A DNA stretch of 63,652 nt, counting the filler, from Chlamydiia bacterium (lineage in GTDB: Bacteria > Chlamydiota > Chlamydiia > Chlamydiales > FEN-1388), in NCBI GenBank assembly GCA_903848235.1. It is 7 parts of 7 records of this genome, joined end to end, with 100 filler letters (N's around TTAATTAATTAA, not from the genome) between each part and the next. Parts side by side here need not be neighbours in the genome. Positions count along the whole stretch, not along the records: positions 20,783 to 28,203 come from CAINFV010000112.1; positions 28,304 to 30,305 come from CAINFV010000113.1; positions 30,406 to 32,415 come from CAINFV010000114.1; 4 more parts are not named here. The stretch is one strand, 5' to 3'. A program made the translations under genes and the position numbers. How positions within the stretch are numbered: the first letter of the stretch is position 1; each line of letters opens with the position of its first letter. Shown piece by piece: positions 20,683-30,567 of this stretch. The notes under the pieces were generated by a model. The model saw only the letters and a list, made by a program, of their open reading frames with translations, was not told the origin of the DNA and searched no databases.

Positions 20683-20782
20683 NNNNNNNNNNNNNNNNNN
20701 NNNNNNNNNNNNNNNNNNNNNNNNNNTTAATTAATTAANNNNNNNNNNNNNNNNNNNNNNNNNNNNNNNNNNNNNNNNNNNN
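20683..20782. other. Artificial contig linker
   Basis: N44-TTAATTAATTAA-N44. Confidence 0.99.
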
Positions 20783-20783
20783 A

Positions 20784-21116
20784 ACGATCCAGCGATACAG
20801 CACCCTTCGCCAAGAGATTGGCTGCCATGAAGTGGCAGATGAGTATTTAGGGAGGTTCATCGCCGCCTTTCTTACCCTTCCCCCTGAATTTGGAACCACC
20901 GTTGGCGGGGCAGACGCCTACGCGCTTGATGGAAGCTACGAAATTTTTATGAACATAGAAGCCTGCAAGACCACCGAAGAGAATGACGCGCCTGAAAAGC
21001 AAGTTCAGAAAAAAGCGGCTCTTGTCGCTATTACCATCACTGTACATCCTATTGGCAATGACAGCATCTCTGCTTCTCGCTCGACAAAACTCTGCCTCAG
21101 CCAGGAGGTGTCATGA
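20784..21116 (+). CDS. 5'-truncated hypothetical protein, probably in the chlamydial T2SS pseudopilin cluster
   Basis: Frame open from contig start; ATGA overlap with next gene. Confidence 0.55.
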   Translation, partial: TIQRYSTLRQEIGCHEVADEYLGRFIAAFLTLPPEFGTTVGGADAYALDGSYEIFMNIEACKTTEENDAPEKQVQKKAALVAITITVHPIGNDSISASRSTKLCLSQEVS

Positions 21117-21760
21117 CAAAGAGACGGCGACACAGCTTTCTGCTCATTGAGGCCCTCACAGCATCTGCTCTAACGATTCTGACCATGTTAGCCTGCATCA
21201 GTCTCTTTTTCTTCTTGTGGAAAGCCTCTTTGCGGCAGCAAAGCGATCTAGAAAAAGACAGCCTGCGATGGCGTCGTATTTCCTCCCTTCGCTGGACATT
21301 GAGCCGTATAAGGCGCGATCATCCAGAAGACCCTTTTATCGTAGAGTCGACGAACGGAACGCCCTCTCGCCTTATCTTTGTCTTTGACCACGGCGTGCAT
21401 GTCAATCCGCAGCTTGCAAATCTGGATCTTGCCCAGCTATACGTAGATCCTGATAAAGGACTTGTCCTAGTGACACGCTCTCATCCAAAACGCACGGAGA
21501 TAGGACAGGAAGAAGAAGTCGCTTCTGTTATCTGGCCAGGGGTGAAGAATATTCAGTGGCGTTTTGCCCTGCGTCCTCAAGACAGGGCGGATAAGGCTGG
21601 AGTCGAGCAATATCTCCAAGACAACTGGATATCAACCTGGCGGCCTGACTGGACAGGGCTGCCAGCTGTTATTCAAGCTACTATCGAAGACGAGCAGAAT
21701 GAGCAGACTGTGGTAACCGCTGTCGTCTTGCAAGACATCGGCGCCATTATGCTGAAATAA
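21113..21760 (+). CDS. Pseudopilin-like protein (chlamydial T2SS cluster, DUF1494-like)
   Basis: KRRRHS|FLLIE class III signal-like cleavage motif then TM helix; LIFVFDHGV..P. Confidence 0.7.
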   Translation: MTKRRRHSFLLIEALTASALTILTMLACISLFFFLWKASLRQQSDLEKDSLRWRRISSLRWTLSRIRRDHPEDPFIVESTNGTPSRLIFVFDHGVHVNPQLANLDLAQLYVDPDKGLVLVTRSHPKRTEIGQEEEVASVIWPGVKNIQWRFALRPQDRADKAGVEQYLQDNWISTWRPDWTGLPAVIQATIEDEQNEQTVVTAVVLQDIGAIMLK

Positions 21761-21775
21761 CATAGGTATTGGTAG

Positions 21776-22750
21776 ATGGGTCTTCTTCCCTGGTCATTTG
21801 GCTTCTTGCTCATCATCTCCATTCTCTCGTGGTCAGCTGTCGTCCGTATGTCTGAGGAGACCTTAATTACGAAAACTATCGTCAGAACTGTCACACAACA
21901 GGCTGGGGAGCTTACTCGAAAAATATCCTCCGAATCTTCGGCAGCGTACAGAGCTCTGTGTACAAAAAATGGGGAAAAGCCTTCAGACGAAGACGAAGAG
22001 GAAGAAGAAGAAGAAGAGGAAGAAGACCCGAAGAAGCGGGAACAACGCCAGCCTTCGAAAAAAGCTTTTGGGCAAAAATCAAGGGCTCGTCTGACATCAA
22101 AACTGCATATCTCATCGCTCTTCACCAATGAGGATACGGGACAAAAGCCAACCCAAGAGAGGATTTTTCGTAACCTCCTGAAAGTGCTGTACGGTGAGCA
22201 GCCACTCTTTTCAGAGCATAGAAATAGCGAGGCACAACTTCAAGAGCTGTTTGAAGAAGTGCGCCTCAAAGCTCTCGAGTGGGGACCGAAGCTTCCCATG
22301 GGAAGAGCCTCCACGCTAGCTAACATTGAGCTTTCTGGATATAAAAAAGAAGATAAGCAATTTATCCTCTTTCTGATCCTCAAAGGTGGTGACGGAGAAC
22401 TTTTTCGTGGCGCTCGCTGCCATATCCGCCCACTGTTGCCCTACATCAGCATGTCAAAGAAAGACTTCTGCATGAGTGTTTTTCTTGCTCCAGTTCCACT
22501 TCTAATGGCGCTTTTCGAAAACAATGATGTGGTAGAAAAGGTCGTGGAATATCGAGCGAATATCGTGAAAAAGATTCATGACGAAAAGGAGCGCTCTGCA
22601 TTTTCTGAAGGAGATAAGGATAAAAAAGACATTCTCGACATTCTATCTGATGAATTTAAAAGCCAATTCGAGGCTTCCCTTCCCTCAGGTATAGAACCGC
22701 AGTACATCGATTTCCGCGTCAGCCGAACAACCCCAAAGAATTTTTTGTAA
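21776..22750 (+). CDS. Membrane-anchored protein of the same cluster, with poly-Glu tract
   Basis: N-terminal TM, co-oriented 15 nt downstream. Confidence 0.65.
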   Translation: MGLLPWSFGFLLIISILSWSAVVRMSEETLITKTIVRTVTQQAGELTRKISSESSAAYRALCTKNGEKPSDEDEEEEEEEEEEDPKKREQRQPSKKAFGQKSRARLTSKLHISSLFTNEDTGQKPTQERIFRNLLKVLYGEQPLFSEHRNSEAQLQELFEEVRLKALEWGPKLPMGRASTLANIELSGYKKEDKQFILFLILKGGDGELFRGARCHIRPLLPYISMSKKDFCMSVFLAPVPLLMALFENNDVVEKVVEYRANIVKKIHDEKERSAFSEGDKDKKDILDILSDEFKSQFEASLPSGIEPQYIDFRVSRTTPKNFL

Positions 22751-22932
22751 CTTCAAGCCGGTCGGTTTAGGGACTGCAAAAAAAAATAGCATGTGCACAT
22801 TGGGTGAGCAAGGTCGTTAAGATGACCGCCACAAGGCTCGTTTTCGTATCTGATAACAGTTTTTTGTTGACAGCCGCTTCTCAACTTTATTATTGTCCGC
22901 ATAAACAGCAAGAAATAACCAAAGAGAGCAAG

Positions 22933-25900
22933 ATGTCATGTTCTAATTCTGTCACAATTTTAGGACACTCCATTGACTTGCAACCGATTATTCTGGAGAG
23001 CACGAAGTGTCAAATAGGAGAATTACAGCTTGGCAATGTTATCAGGCTCGTGAAACTACAGGCCAAAGACGCAAGTGAGTACGACGTCGTAAAAATTTTG
23101 GCTGAGAATTTAAAAAGTCTCAATACAGAAACGAAACAGTCTCTTGCAGGGATTTTTCAGAAATGGCAAGGACTATCAAAAGCAAGTTACGGAACGAGAG
23201 TAGCGGTTCGTCTTGCACAAAAATCACTCAGAAATGAGGGTGAACAAAACAATTCAAAATTCAAGATTAAATTTCAGGAGTTTTTCAATACAATAAAACT
23301 ATGGAGAATACGAAAGTGGGAGATAGCCATGTTCGTTGGTATCGAGAGCATCCTATCAAAACAAACTTCAGATAAGATAGGGCCACTGCAAAACGTGATC
23401 CCTCCAGAACACTTTAAAGATGAGGTGCTTGTCCTCAGTTCGAAAGTAGAAGCTTTTTTTAAAACAATAAAAGAAGATGAAGAAGCCCAGAAAGCACTAA
23501 TAGAATCCACAAAGAAAGCAGAAGAGGAATTAAAGAAGACGGTTCTAGAAGCTCAAACGGCATTCAGTTCAGTTACAGATACGCTAACGCCAGTTAAAAG
23601 ATCTGTAGAAAAGGCTTTGATGGAAGTCAAGGCTTTGGAGGCTAGGGCCCAAGCATTGAGCAAAAGCGCGTCCGAAGCTGCAGCAGAAGCACACATGGAT
23701 GTGAAGGCAATAGAGGCTGCTGCAACACGAGCGGACAAGACTGCCAAAGAAATTATTTCCGATGCAAGGCCGGCTCAAGTGAGCACTATACAGGTTTTGG
23801 ACGAGATCAAAGAAGCGCTAAAAACCGCAGAAGCGGCTTTTGCAGCAGGATCAGCGTCGGAAGCTTCAGTCAATCAAGCTATCGGTGCACAGCTATTATC
23901 GTCACAAAGAGAAGCCCAAAAAGCATTAGACGATGCTCGCCTGGTATTGGAACAGCTGGTTCTTGTAAAAGGCCAGATTGAAAAGACCGTCGCGACTGCG
24001 ACTGCGGCGAGGGAGCAGTATCAGAAACGGCTTCGAACCGCAAAAGAAAAAGCCAAAATAGAAAAAGAATTAGAACTACAGCGTATGTATGAAGGCATAT
24101 GTAGTGATGAAGGCATGCGCTCGAAACTCCCCCGCTGGAACGCGTTTGCCGGTATTGTTGCAGAAAAAGGAGAAGGGCTGTCGGATACTGACCTTGACTC
24201 TCGATTGCAGAACTTGGACAGCCTTTTCGGGCAGTTAACCCTTGCGTCCGAATATGCGCAACGCCTTTCCGCTTTATCTGAAAGGCAAGGGGAATCGGCG
24301 CCAACTGCATTGATGGCTCAGTTGATGGTTATGGGAAGGAGACCGCTACTGAAGAACGTTCTAGCAGCAACTTCTCACGACGACGTTGCGACTGCGCTAG
24401 ATGAGTATGTGAAGAAATTTCTCGAGTCCCCAAATTCATCAGAGCATGGATTTTCCGTTTTGTTAGACCAATTCAAAGCTAGGGATGGTATTTCAGAAGA
24501 GGAATTCTTAGATTCCCTCGTACAAGTCATTCAGAAAAATAATCCAGACATTCTTATTTCGGCTATCCAGAAACAACTGGGAGAACAAACACCTCTTAAG
24601 CAGACATTTCTTACGAAGCTTAAAAAAACCTCAACCGTTGAGCTTTCGGATTTATCGTTTCGAAATGAAGATCTCTTGCGAGACACGTTGTTTAAAATGA
24701 TTGTGTCTGCTCATCAAACACCTGACGGAACTGCTCTCTTCATTCAGGAGATCGGAGCAGCAGTTGCAGTGTCAGAAGATAGAAAGCAGCAGGTGGTATC
24801 GCTCCTTTCTTTCTTGTTCTCCTGGTTTCCCCAAGAATCAACGGAGATCAGAGAAGGAATTCGATCTTTTTCCAAAATATTCGAAGACCATTCCCGTGTC
24901 TCTACATGCGGCATCGACTCGAACGTCGCCAAGGCAATTACCTCATTAGCAGATGGACTTCACGTAGTCGGCGATGGGGAAAGCACCTATTGCCACTCAG
25001 CAAGTGTTCATATGGCACTTGTATTTCACGCCGCTCCTGATACCTCTAGTCACTTTTCATTTACGGACGAGGGGGTTACACGATCGAGAATTGCTCTTGA
25101 GTTGGGATTAGATAGGTTAAAGGAAGAAGGAGTTGCCAAAGACTCTTCTATCCATCCGTTTTTCGTAGGAACGGAATGGAATTTCATGGCCAGTGGATAT
25201 GAGAATGTTATCGAGCTGATGGACAAAATGGCATGTATAAGCCGAGATCATCCAGGCGTTGTGTATATTCCAGGAAGCATTGGCTGGTTCGAGCCGTCTG
25301 TGAATCTGTGTTTTAACGTTCTTCCAATTTTTGAAAATGGTCGCCTTGTCGCACTGTATTCGAAAAGGCATGAAAAAATGGATATGTCTACAATCGCTGG
25401 TATATACAAAAAGGAAGAAGGCCAGCTTTACTGGGCAGCAAATAGATATCCAAAGGTTTTTGATGCATTCATACGAAATACCTTCGTCCTTGGCAACGGC
25501 CTTGCGGTTGGTACAGAGATTTGCAATGACCACGTATATGGTTCCGTAAAATCCGATTATGAACAAGAATCACCAAGCGGCCAGGGCCTAGACGTTCATA
25601 TTGTAATGGCTCATGGAACGCAGCTCTCTCCTCATAAATTAGCTCTTCGACCATCTGCTGGCGGTGTTGGCTATATTGATCACTCAGACCGCTGCCAAAC
25701 AACAGCCAGCCTCGTGAGGTGCAGTGGCAGTGGGAATGTATTGCAAGACCCACGCCAAACGATCAATGCAAGCAAGGACGCACTAGGAGGGTATGTCACT
25801 CATCAATGGGATGGAGGCGAAATTTCGCCTGTATTTTTGAAATTAGAAGAGTCTCTCACTTCGCGCCCTATTGAACAGAAGCCATCATGCCTTTTGAGAG

Positions 25901-26964
25901 CCATCGACCCGCCGGTGAACGTTCAGGAACTGATTGATTATGTTAAAGCGCATGCATCTACCCTTTATCCTAATCGGGAAAAACCAAAAGCATCATTTGG
26001 AACGGAGGACGATTTTTCTGCAGCGTTGACGAGCACCTTGACACGATATACCTTTGCCGATCAACAAGATGTCGATCTTTTTTTAGCCGCTCTACAACAA
26101 GACTTAGCATTGGAAAACTACCGCACGCAATTTTTGCAGTGCCTTTCCGCACTGCTGAATAGGCCCATTATACTCTATCCGGATCTTGCTTCTATTGACC
26201 GTCAAATCATTATGCCGGATCGTTCAAAACCGTTATCGATGCCGGAGAATGCCATTGAGTTATGCTTTTCATTTGCGGAGAAGAAATTTTATTGTCCATC
26301 ATGGAAAGACTGCCCTGAATATTGTGAGATTCGAACGAAGTGCGAAGAGGTTGTTCAACATGAAAGCGGCGCAAAGACGCAAGAGGATTTCGAACGTATT
26401 TCTGTCAGCATCGGAGCCATACGGACCCGTGTGAAAGAAGTGAATTCGATTGCTGCTCGAAAAGCCTTTCTAGAATTTTCTGAAAAAATGGATGCGATTC
26501 AAAAAAGAATCGACACATCAATTGTTGAGAGAACCTTTCAAGGAATGGACCCCACCGTCGTCGGCTTTAACGACATCATTAAAACATTTCAACCCCGCAG
26601 GGAACCGAGCTGTACTTCGATAACTCAATGCCTTGAGGAATTTGCTACATTGCAACAATTTCAAGAGATGTACTCTCCTGCGCGAGGAATCTGGGTGGAC
26701 ACAGAATCAGGGAAACTCCAATGCAAATCTGTTGTTTTCAAACAGGATCCAAGTAAAATAACCGGCAAGCTTTTAGAATTACAGTTTCATCTCAGACCAT
26801 TTTTGAGGTTGTTTCCGAAAGCAACACTGCAGAAAATGAAAGATTGTCTGATATCATTGCAAACTTCCTACCCGAAAAATCGTGGTATTCAGGATACCGT
26901 TAACGAATTCGTTGGTGAGATCAACCAAGTTCATGACGCCACCGCAGAGACTGTAAAAGAATAA
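22933..26964 (+). CDS. Large candidate effector: coiled coil + carbon-nitrogen hydrolase (nitrilase-like) domain + OTU-like region
   Basis: A/E/K-rich coil; FVGTEWNF, IPGS, YSKRHE, GTEICNDH triad motifs. Confidence 0.65.
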   Translation: MSCSNSVTILGHSIDLQPIILESTKCQIGELQLGNVIRLVKLQAKDASEYDVVKILAENLKSLNTETKQSLAGIFQKWQGLSKASYGTRVAVRLAQKSLRNEGEQNNSKFKIKFQEFFNTIKLWRIRKWEIAMFVGIESILSKQTSDKIGPLQNVIPPEHFKDEVLVLSSKVEAFFKTIKEDEEAQKALIESTKKAEEELKKTVLEAQTAFSSVTDTLTPVKRSVEKALMEVKALEARAQALSKSASEAAAEAHMDVKAIEAAATRADKTAKEIISDARPAQVSTIQVLDEIKEALKTAEAAFAAGSASEASVNQAIGAQLLSSQREAQKALDDARLVLEQLVLVKGQIEKTVATATAAREQYQKRLRTAKEKAKIEKELELQRMYEGICSDEGMRSKLPRWNAFAGIVAEKGEGLSDTDLDSRLQNLDSLFGQLTLASEYAQRLSALSERQGESAPTALMAQLMVMGRRPLLKNVLAATSHDDVATALDEYVKKFLESPNSSEHGFSVLLDQFKARDGISEEEFLDSLVQVIQKNNPDILISAIQKQLGEQTPLKQTFLTKLKKTSTVELSDLSFRNEDLLRDTLFKMIVSAHQTPDGTALFIQEIGAAVAVSEDRKQQVVSLLSFLFSWFPQESTEIREGIRSFSKIFEDHSRVSTCGIDSNVAKAITSLADGLHVVGDGESTYCHSASVHMALVFHAAPDTSSHFSFTDEGVTRSRIALELGLDRLKEEGVAKDSSIHPFFVGTEWNFMASGYENVIELMDKMACISRDHPGVVYIPGSIGWFEPSVNLCFNVLPIFENGRLVALYSKRHEKMDMSTIAGIYKKEEGQLYWAANRYPKVFDAFIRNTFVLGNGLAVGTEICNDHVYGSVKSDYEQESPSGQGLDVHIVMAHGTQLSPHKLALRPSAGGVGYIDHSDRCQTTASLVRCSGSGNVLQDPRQTINASKDALGGYVTHQWDGGEISPVFLKLEESLTSRPIEQKPSCLLRAIDPPVNVQELIDYVKAHASTLYPNREKPKASFGTEDDFSAALTSTLTRYTFADQQDVDLFLAALQQDLALENYRTQFLQCLSALLNRPIILYPDLASIDRQIIMPDRSKPLSMPENAIELCFSFAEKKFYCPSWKDCPEYCEIRTKCEEVVQHESGAKTQEDFERISVSIGAIRTRVKEVNSIAARKAFLEFSEKMDAIQKRIDTSIVERTFQGMDPTVVGFNDIIKTFQPRREPSCTSITQCLEEFATLQQFQEMYSPARGIWVDTESGKLQCKSVVFKQDPSKITGKLLELQFHLRPFLRLFPKATLQKMKDCLISLQTSYPKNRGIQDTVNEFVGEINQVHDATAETVKE

Positions 26965-26983
26965 CATCTACAAGTTATTATTT

Positions 26984-27013
26984 TATACCCCTCCTTGTTC
27001 AAGAATCGGTATA
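26984..27013. repeat. 30-bp TATACC...GGTATA mini hairpin
   Basis: TATACCCCTCCTTGTTCAAGAATCGGTATA between convergent genes. Confidence 0.75.
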
Positions 27014-27022
27014 CATTGGATT

Positions 27023-27946
27023 TTAGAGAAGGTTCTTCGCAGCCAACTCTTTTTCTACGAGCTGTGCTGTTTGGGTAAAATACTCATCACCGCCAGCAGA
27101 ATAACCATAATTTTCAATAAGCGCGCAGGCCCTTGCGAGGCCATCTTCCCCTGCTGCTGCAAATCGCTGTTCGAGCTCATACGAGGTCAACGATGGCATC
27201 TCGCCTGACATCACAAGATTCAACACATACACCAGCTTGGACCAGGGCACCATTCCACTTTGCTGAAGGGCTTTCACTTCTCGAAATACCATTCCTGGCG
27301 TGACGACGGGTATTACGGGTTGCAGCCCCCCCTTCACCTGCCACCACCTCAACAATTGAAAGGCACATGGCACACAGACGAGGATAAAACAGGTGGTGAT
27401 AAAAGCATGGCGCCAGAAACCTTGCCAATACAGGGCTTCCAGCCCCCTCGCCTGATTGTGCGCCAACAGCTCATCTTCTACCTGCATATTCTGTGGTGTC
27501 GGCAAAAGCGCCTCTTCAGGAAATGGCAACAGCAGATCTGCTGCCGACAACTTCGGCACCACGATCTGAGCAACTGCCGGTGAAAAACTGGGAATCACGT
27601 ATTGCTTTCCACCCCACCACATGACGCCAAGGGGTATTTCATATACACCAGCATTCAGCATACGCCCCCGTAGCGTCACCTGCCCATCTCTAACGTCATA
27701 CTCTTCAAGATAATATGGCCATGGAAGAGGTCGAGAATAGACAAGCGACTGCAGGTAGAGTTTTACCGCTGGGTAGGCGGCCGGAGGGACAGAAACCTGT
27801 TTTTGAACCGAGAATAGCTGTCCTTCTTCCACCTTTACGCTTTCATCTCTAGCGCCAATGGCGCTGCCCGTCTGTGCTTCAGTAGAGCTAAGGAAAGCCA
27901 TGCTGCAGAAGAACAGGCACCAGATTCCCCACGCAAGCGGCTTCAT
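27023..27946 (-). CDS. Membrane protein of a MoxR/DUF58/Bat-type operon
   Basis: Signal peptide, single TM, LTSYEL motif, follows a DUF58-like gene. Confidence 0.55.
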   Translation of the reverse strand: MKPLAWGIWCLFFCSMAFLSSTEAQTGSAIGARDESVKVEEGQLFSVQKQVSVPPAAYPAVKLYLQSLVYSRPLPWPYYLEEYDVRDGQVTLRGRMLNAGVYEIPLGVMWWGGKQYVIPSFSPAVAQIVVPKLSAADLLLPFPEEALLPTPQNMQVEDELLAHNQARGLEALYWQGFWRHAFITTCFILVCVPCAFQLLRWWQVKGGLQPVIPVVTPGMVFREVKALQQSGMVPWSKLVYVLNLVMSGEMPSLTSYELEQRFAAAGEDGLARACALIENYGYSAGGDEYFTQTAQLVEKELAAKNLL

Positions 27947-28203
27947 CTTCCACCTCGCTTCAACAGCTGGCAGCGACGTTCAAAAAAGGCACGGAGGGTC
28001 TTTGCAGGATCTTCCCCCTCTTTGAGGTCACAGAAGTCGATGTTATGATGCGACGTAAATCTGACAAGCTCTCTGCGCTGGTGTTCTAGCTGCCCTTGTA
28101 TCTCTTCTCCTGATGCTCTGTCACACTTTGCAAGATGGCAGAGCCCTGTCTCTGGATCTTCAGCATATACCCATCCTACTGGCGGCGGCTGCTCTTCCCA
28201 TCG
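27943..28203 (-). CDS. DUF58-like protein, C-terminal fragment
   Basis: Own translation: WEEQPPPVGWVYAEDPETG...LRAFFERR; ATGA overlap with next gene. Confidence 0.75.
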   Translation of the reverse strand, partial: RWEEQPPPVGWVYAEDPETGLCHLAKCDRASGEEIQGQLEHQRRELVRFTSHHNIDFCDLKEGEDPAKTLRAFFERRCQLLKRGGR

Positions 28204-28303
28204 NNNNNNNNNNNNNNNNNNNNNNNNNNNNNNNNNNNNNNNNNNNNTTAATTAATTAANNNNNNNNNNNNNNNNNNNNNNNNNNNNNNNNNNNNNNNNN
28301 NNN
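28204..28303. other. Artificial contig linker
   Basis: N44-TTAATTAATTAA-N44. Confidence 0.99.
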
Positions 28304-28915
28304 AATGAGGTGCATCAGAAGACCGATGATCACACTGAAGGATATTGCCCCAACTGCCCGGGCTACCCCTATTTCCATGCCTAATATTCGGGCAGTTAAT
28401 ATAATCGCTAAGATATTGATGGCAGGGCCGGAGTAGAGAAAGGCAGAGGCAGGCCCAAGTCCTGCGCCACGGGTCCAGATGCCTGCAAAGAGAGGCAATA
28501 CCGTGCAGGAGCACACTGCCAGAACCGTGCCGGACACTGAGGCAACCGGATAACAGATGTACTTCGGGGCTGCAGGCCCCAGGTACTTCATCACGCTTTC
28601 CTGGCTCACAAAAACCGCGATTGCTCCTGCTATGAAAAAGGCAGGCACAAGGCAAAGAAGCACGTGCTCCTGAGCGTACCACTTCACCAGATAAAAAGAC
28701 TCCATGACGGCATTATCAAAGCGGGCGTTTCCTACCGGTATGTAATAACATCCAAGGAAGACCCCCATTATTATTGCCAGAGGTTTCCATTGGTCTTGCC
28801 AATAAGTTATCAGCCGACTTTCTCTCAAAATCTCTGTCAAAGGCCGGGAACTCGTAGCGAGCGGCTCATTACCGGCAAGAGTTTCAACTACACAAAGTTT
28901 CTTTTCTGAAGCCAT
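28304..28915 (-). CDS. DUF318/ArsP-family permease, 3' truncated
   Basis: LAVCSCTVLPLF, FLYSGPAIN. Confidence 0.88.
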
Positions 28916-28956
28916 TTTGTCCTCTTAATACGTTTTCGATTAAGAATTCTTCGAGG

Positions 28957-30138
28957 CTAGAGCACGACGTTAAACAGATAACCAACCAAGATAATGCCTA
29001 CGGTCACAACTCCGATGAAGACTGCTATCAATCGAGGCTTAAGCACCTTGCGAAGAATGATCACTTCCGGTGTGGAAATTGCGATAACTGCCATCATGAA
29101 AGCCAGAACCGTTCCGAATGCTGCCCCTTTTGATAGAAGAGCCTGCACGACAGGGATGATTCCTGCCGCATTGCTGTACATCGGAACACCGATAAGCACT
29201 GCTACAGGAACAGCCCACCAGGCCTCTTTGCCCATTATACCGGCAAGGAAATTCTCAGGAACATATCCGTGGATTCCGGCTCCGACGGCAATGCCGATCG
29301 TCACATATGGCCAAACCTTCAGTACTATTTCCTTTACGGCATCGATACCGAATCGGATCCTCTCATTCCAGCTCATCTGTTCTTCTTCTATCTGGAGTTG
29401 CAGCGTCTCTGGTTTATTGGCAGTCAGCTCCAACACCCAATCTTCCAGATGCTTTTCCATGTGTAATCGACTTATGATAAAACCGGTAACCAAGGCAATA
29501 AACAGCCCTGTACCCATGTAAAGAATGGCCACCTTCCATCCAAACAGCCCAAGAAGAAGGACCAGGGCCACTTCATTTACCATGGGAGCAGATACGAGAA
29601 ATGAGAAAGTTACACCCAGAGGTACACCCGCGGTGAGGAAGCCCATGAAAAGAGGTACAGCAGAGCATGAACAAAAGGGAGTAACAACGCCGAGTAAAGC
29701 TGCCAGAACGTGACCTGCGGACTCGCGGTTACCGGCAAGGATTCGGCGTGTCCTTTCCGGGGTAACGAACGATCGGATCACTCCCACGAAAAATACCACG
29801 AGAGTAAGGAGCAATAGCACCTTAGGAACTTCAAAAATAAAAAACTCTACGGTTGCTCCGAAATGCGTGCCCTCGTGGAGTTGCAGGATGTGGTAAGTAA
29901 TAAAGCGAGAGAATGACAACAAATTATCATAAACCAGCCACCAGGCTGTCAGCAGAACCGTTCCGGAGAAGAGGTAAAAAAGCTTCTGGCGGTATGCATC
30001 GTCAAAAAAAGAAAGGCTCGTGGCTTCCTCCTGAGGCTGTGCTTCTAGTTCAAGCTGATGAACCGACTGCATCTCCAGCTCTGCGGTTCCTTTATCAATG
30101 TTCATGAAGTTCCCTCCGTTTAACTCTTGATCAGTCAT
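28957..30138 (-). CDS. DUF318/ArsP-family permease
   Basis: TPFCSCSAVPLF, SAPMVNE, GVPMYSNAAG. Confidence 0.9.
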   Translation of the reverse strand: MTDQELNGGNFMNIDKGTAELEMQSVHQLELEAQPQEEATSLSFFDDAYRQKLFYLFSGTVLLTAWWLVYDNLLSFSRFITYHILQLHEGTHFGATVEFFIFEVPKVLLLLTLVVFFVGVIRSFVTPERTRRILAGNRESAGHVLAALLGVVTPFCSCSAVPLFMGFLTAGVPLGVTFSFLVSAPMVNEVALVLLLGLFGWKVAILYMGTGLFIALVTGFIISRLHMEKHLEDWVLELTANKPETLQLQIEEEQMSWNERIRFGIDAVKEIVLKVWPYVTIGIAVGAGIHGYVPENFLAGIMGKEAWWAVPVAVLIGVPMYSNAAGIIPVVQALLSKGAAFGTVLAFMMAVIAISTPEVIILRKVLKPRLIAVFIGVVTVGIILVGYLFNVVL

Positions 30139-30239
30139 TTTACTATTTGCCTAAAGCCTCAATTAAAGAGTTGCCGATGTGACTCGTCACCCAGATTCCT
30201 CTCAATGTCGCAGTCATAACCATAAGCTTTACGAGAGGA

Positions 30240-30305
30240 TCAGGCCACCATGACCGCACGCTGGTCCTCAAGCCTCCTAATCACGACGCCTTCCACGCAG
30301 CGTGC
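30240..30305 (-). CDS. C-terminal fragment, possibly ArsR-family regulator
   Basis: ARCVEGVVIRRLEDQRAVMVA* upstream of the permeases; only 21 codons visible. Confidence 0.3.
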   Translation of the reverse strand, partial: ARCVEGVVIRRLEDQRAVMVA

Positions 30306-30405
30306 NNNNNNNNNNNNNNNNNNNNNNNNNNNNNNNNNNNNNNNNNNNNTTAATTAATTAANNNNNNNNNNNNNNNNNNNNNNNNNNNNNNNNNNNNNNN
30401 NNNNN
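30306..30405. other. Artificial contig linker
   Basis: N44-TTAATTAATTAA-N44. Confidence 0.99.
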
Positions 30406-30560
30406 ACTCATCACTTGAGATGACCAGACGCTATTGCGAATTGGCTAATGTGGATATTAAGAAGGCCCATGCTATAGCCAGCCCCGTAGATAATCTCGCG
30501 ATGGGAATGAAGCTAGCTGTAGCCCGCAACACCAAAGGCAAGAAGGTCAAAGAGCGTTAA
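30406..30560 (+). CDS. Tyrosine recombinase, C-terminal fragment
   Basis: (H)SSLEMTRRYCELANVDIKKAHAIASPVDNL carries the catalytic Tyr box. Confidence 0.85.
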
Positions 30561-30567
30561 GGTTAGA

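Noticed and set aside
20683..20782. Recurring TTAATTAATTAA within N runs (6 copies)
   Set aside because: Artificial all-frame stop linker between contigs; adjacency across it has no biological meaning.
21985..22025. GAA-rich tract and antisense poly-Ser ORF
   Set aside because: Simple poly-Glu coding tract; the opposite-strand ORF is a shadow.
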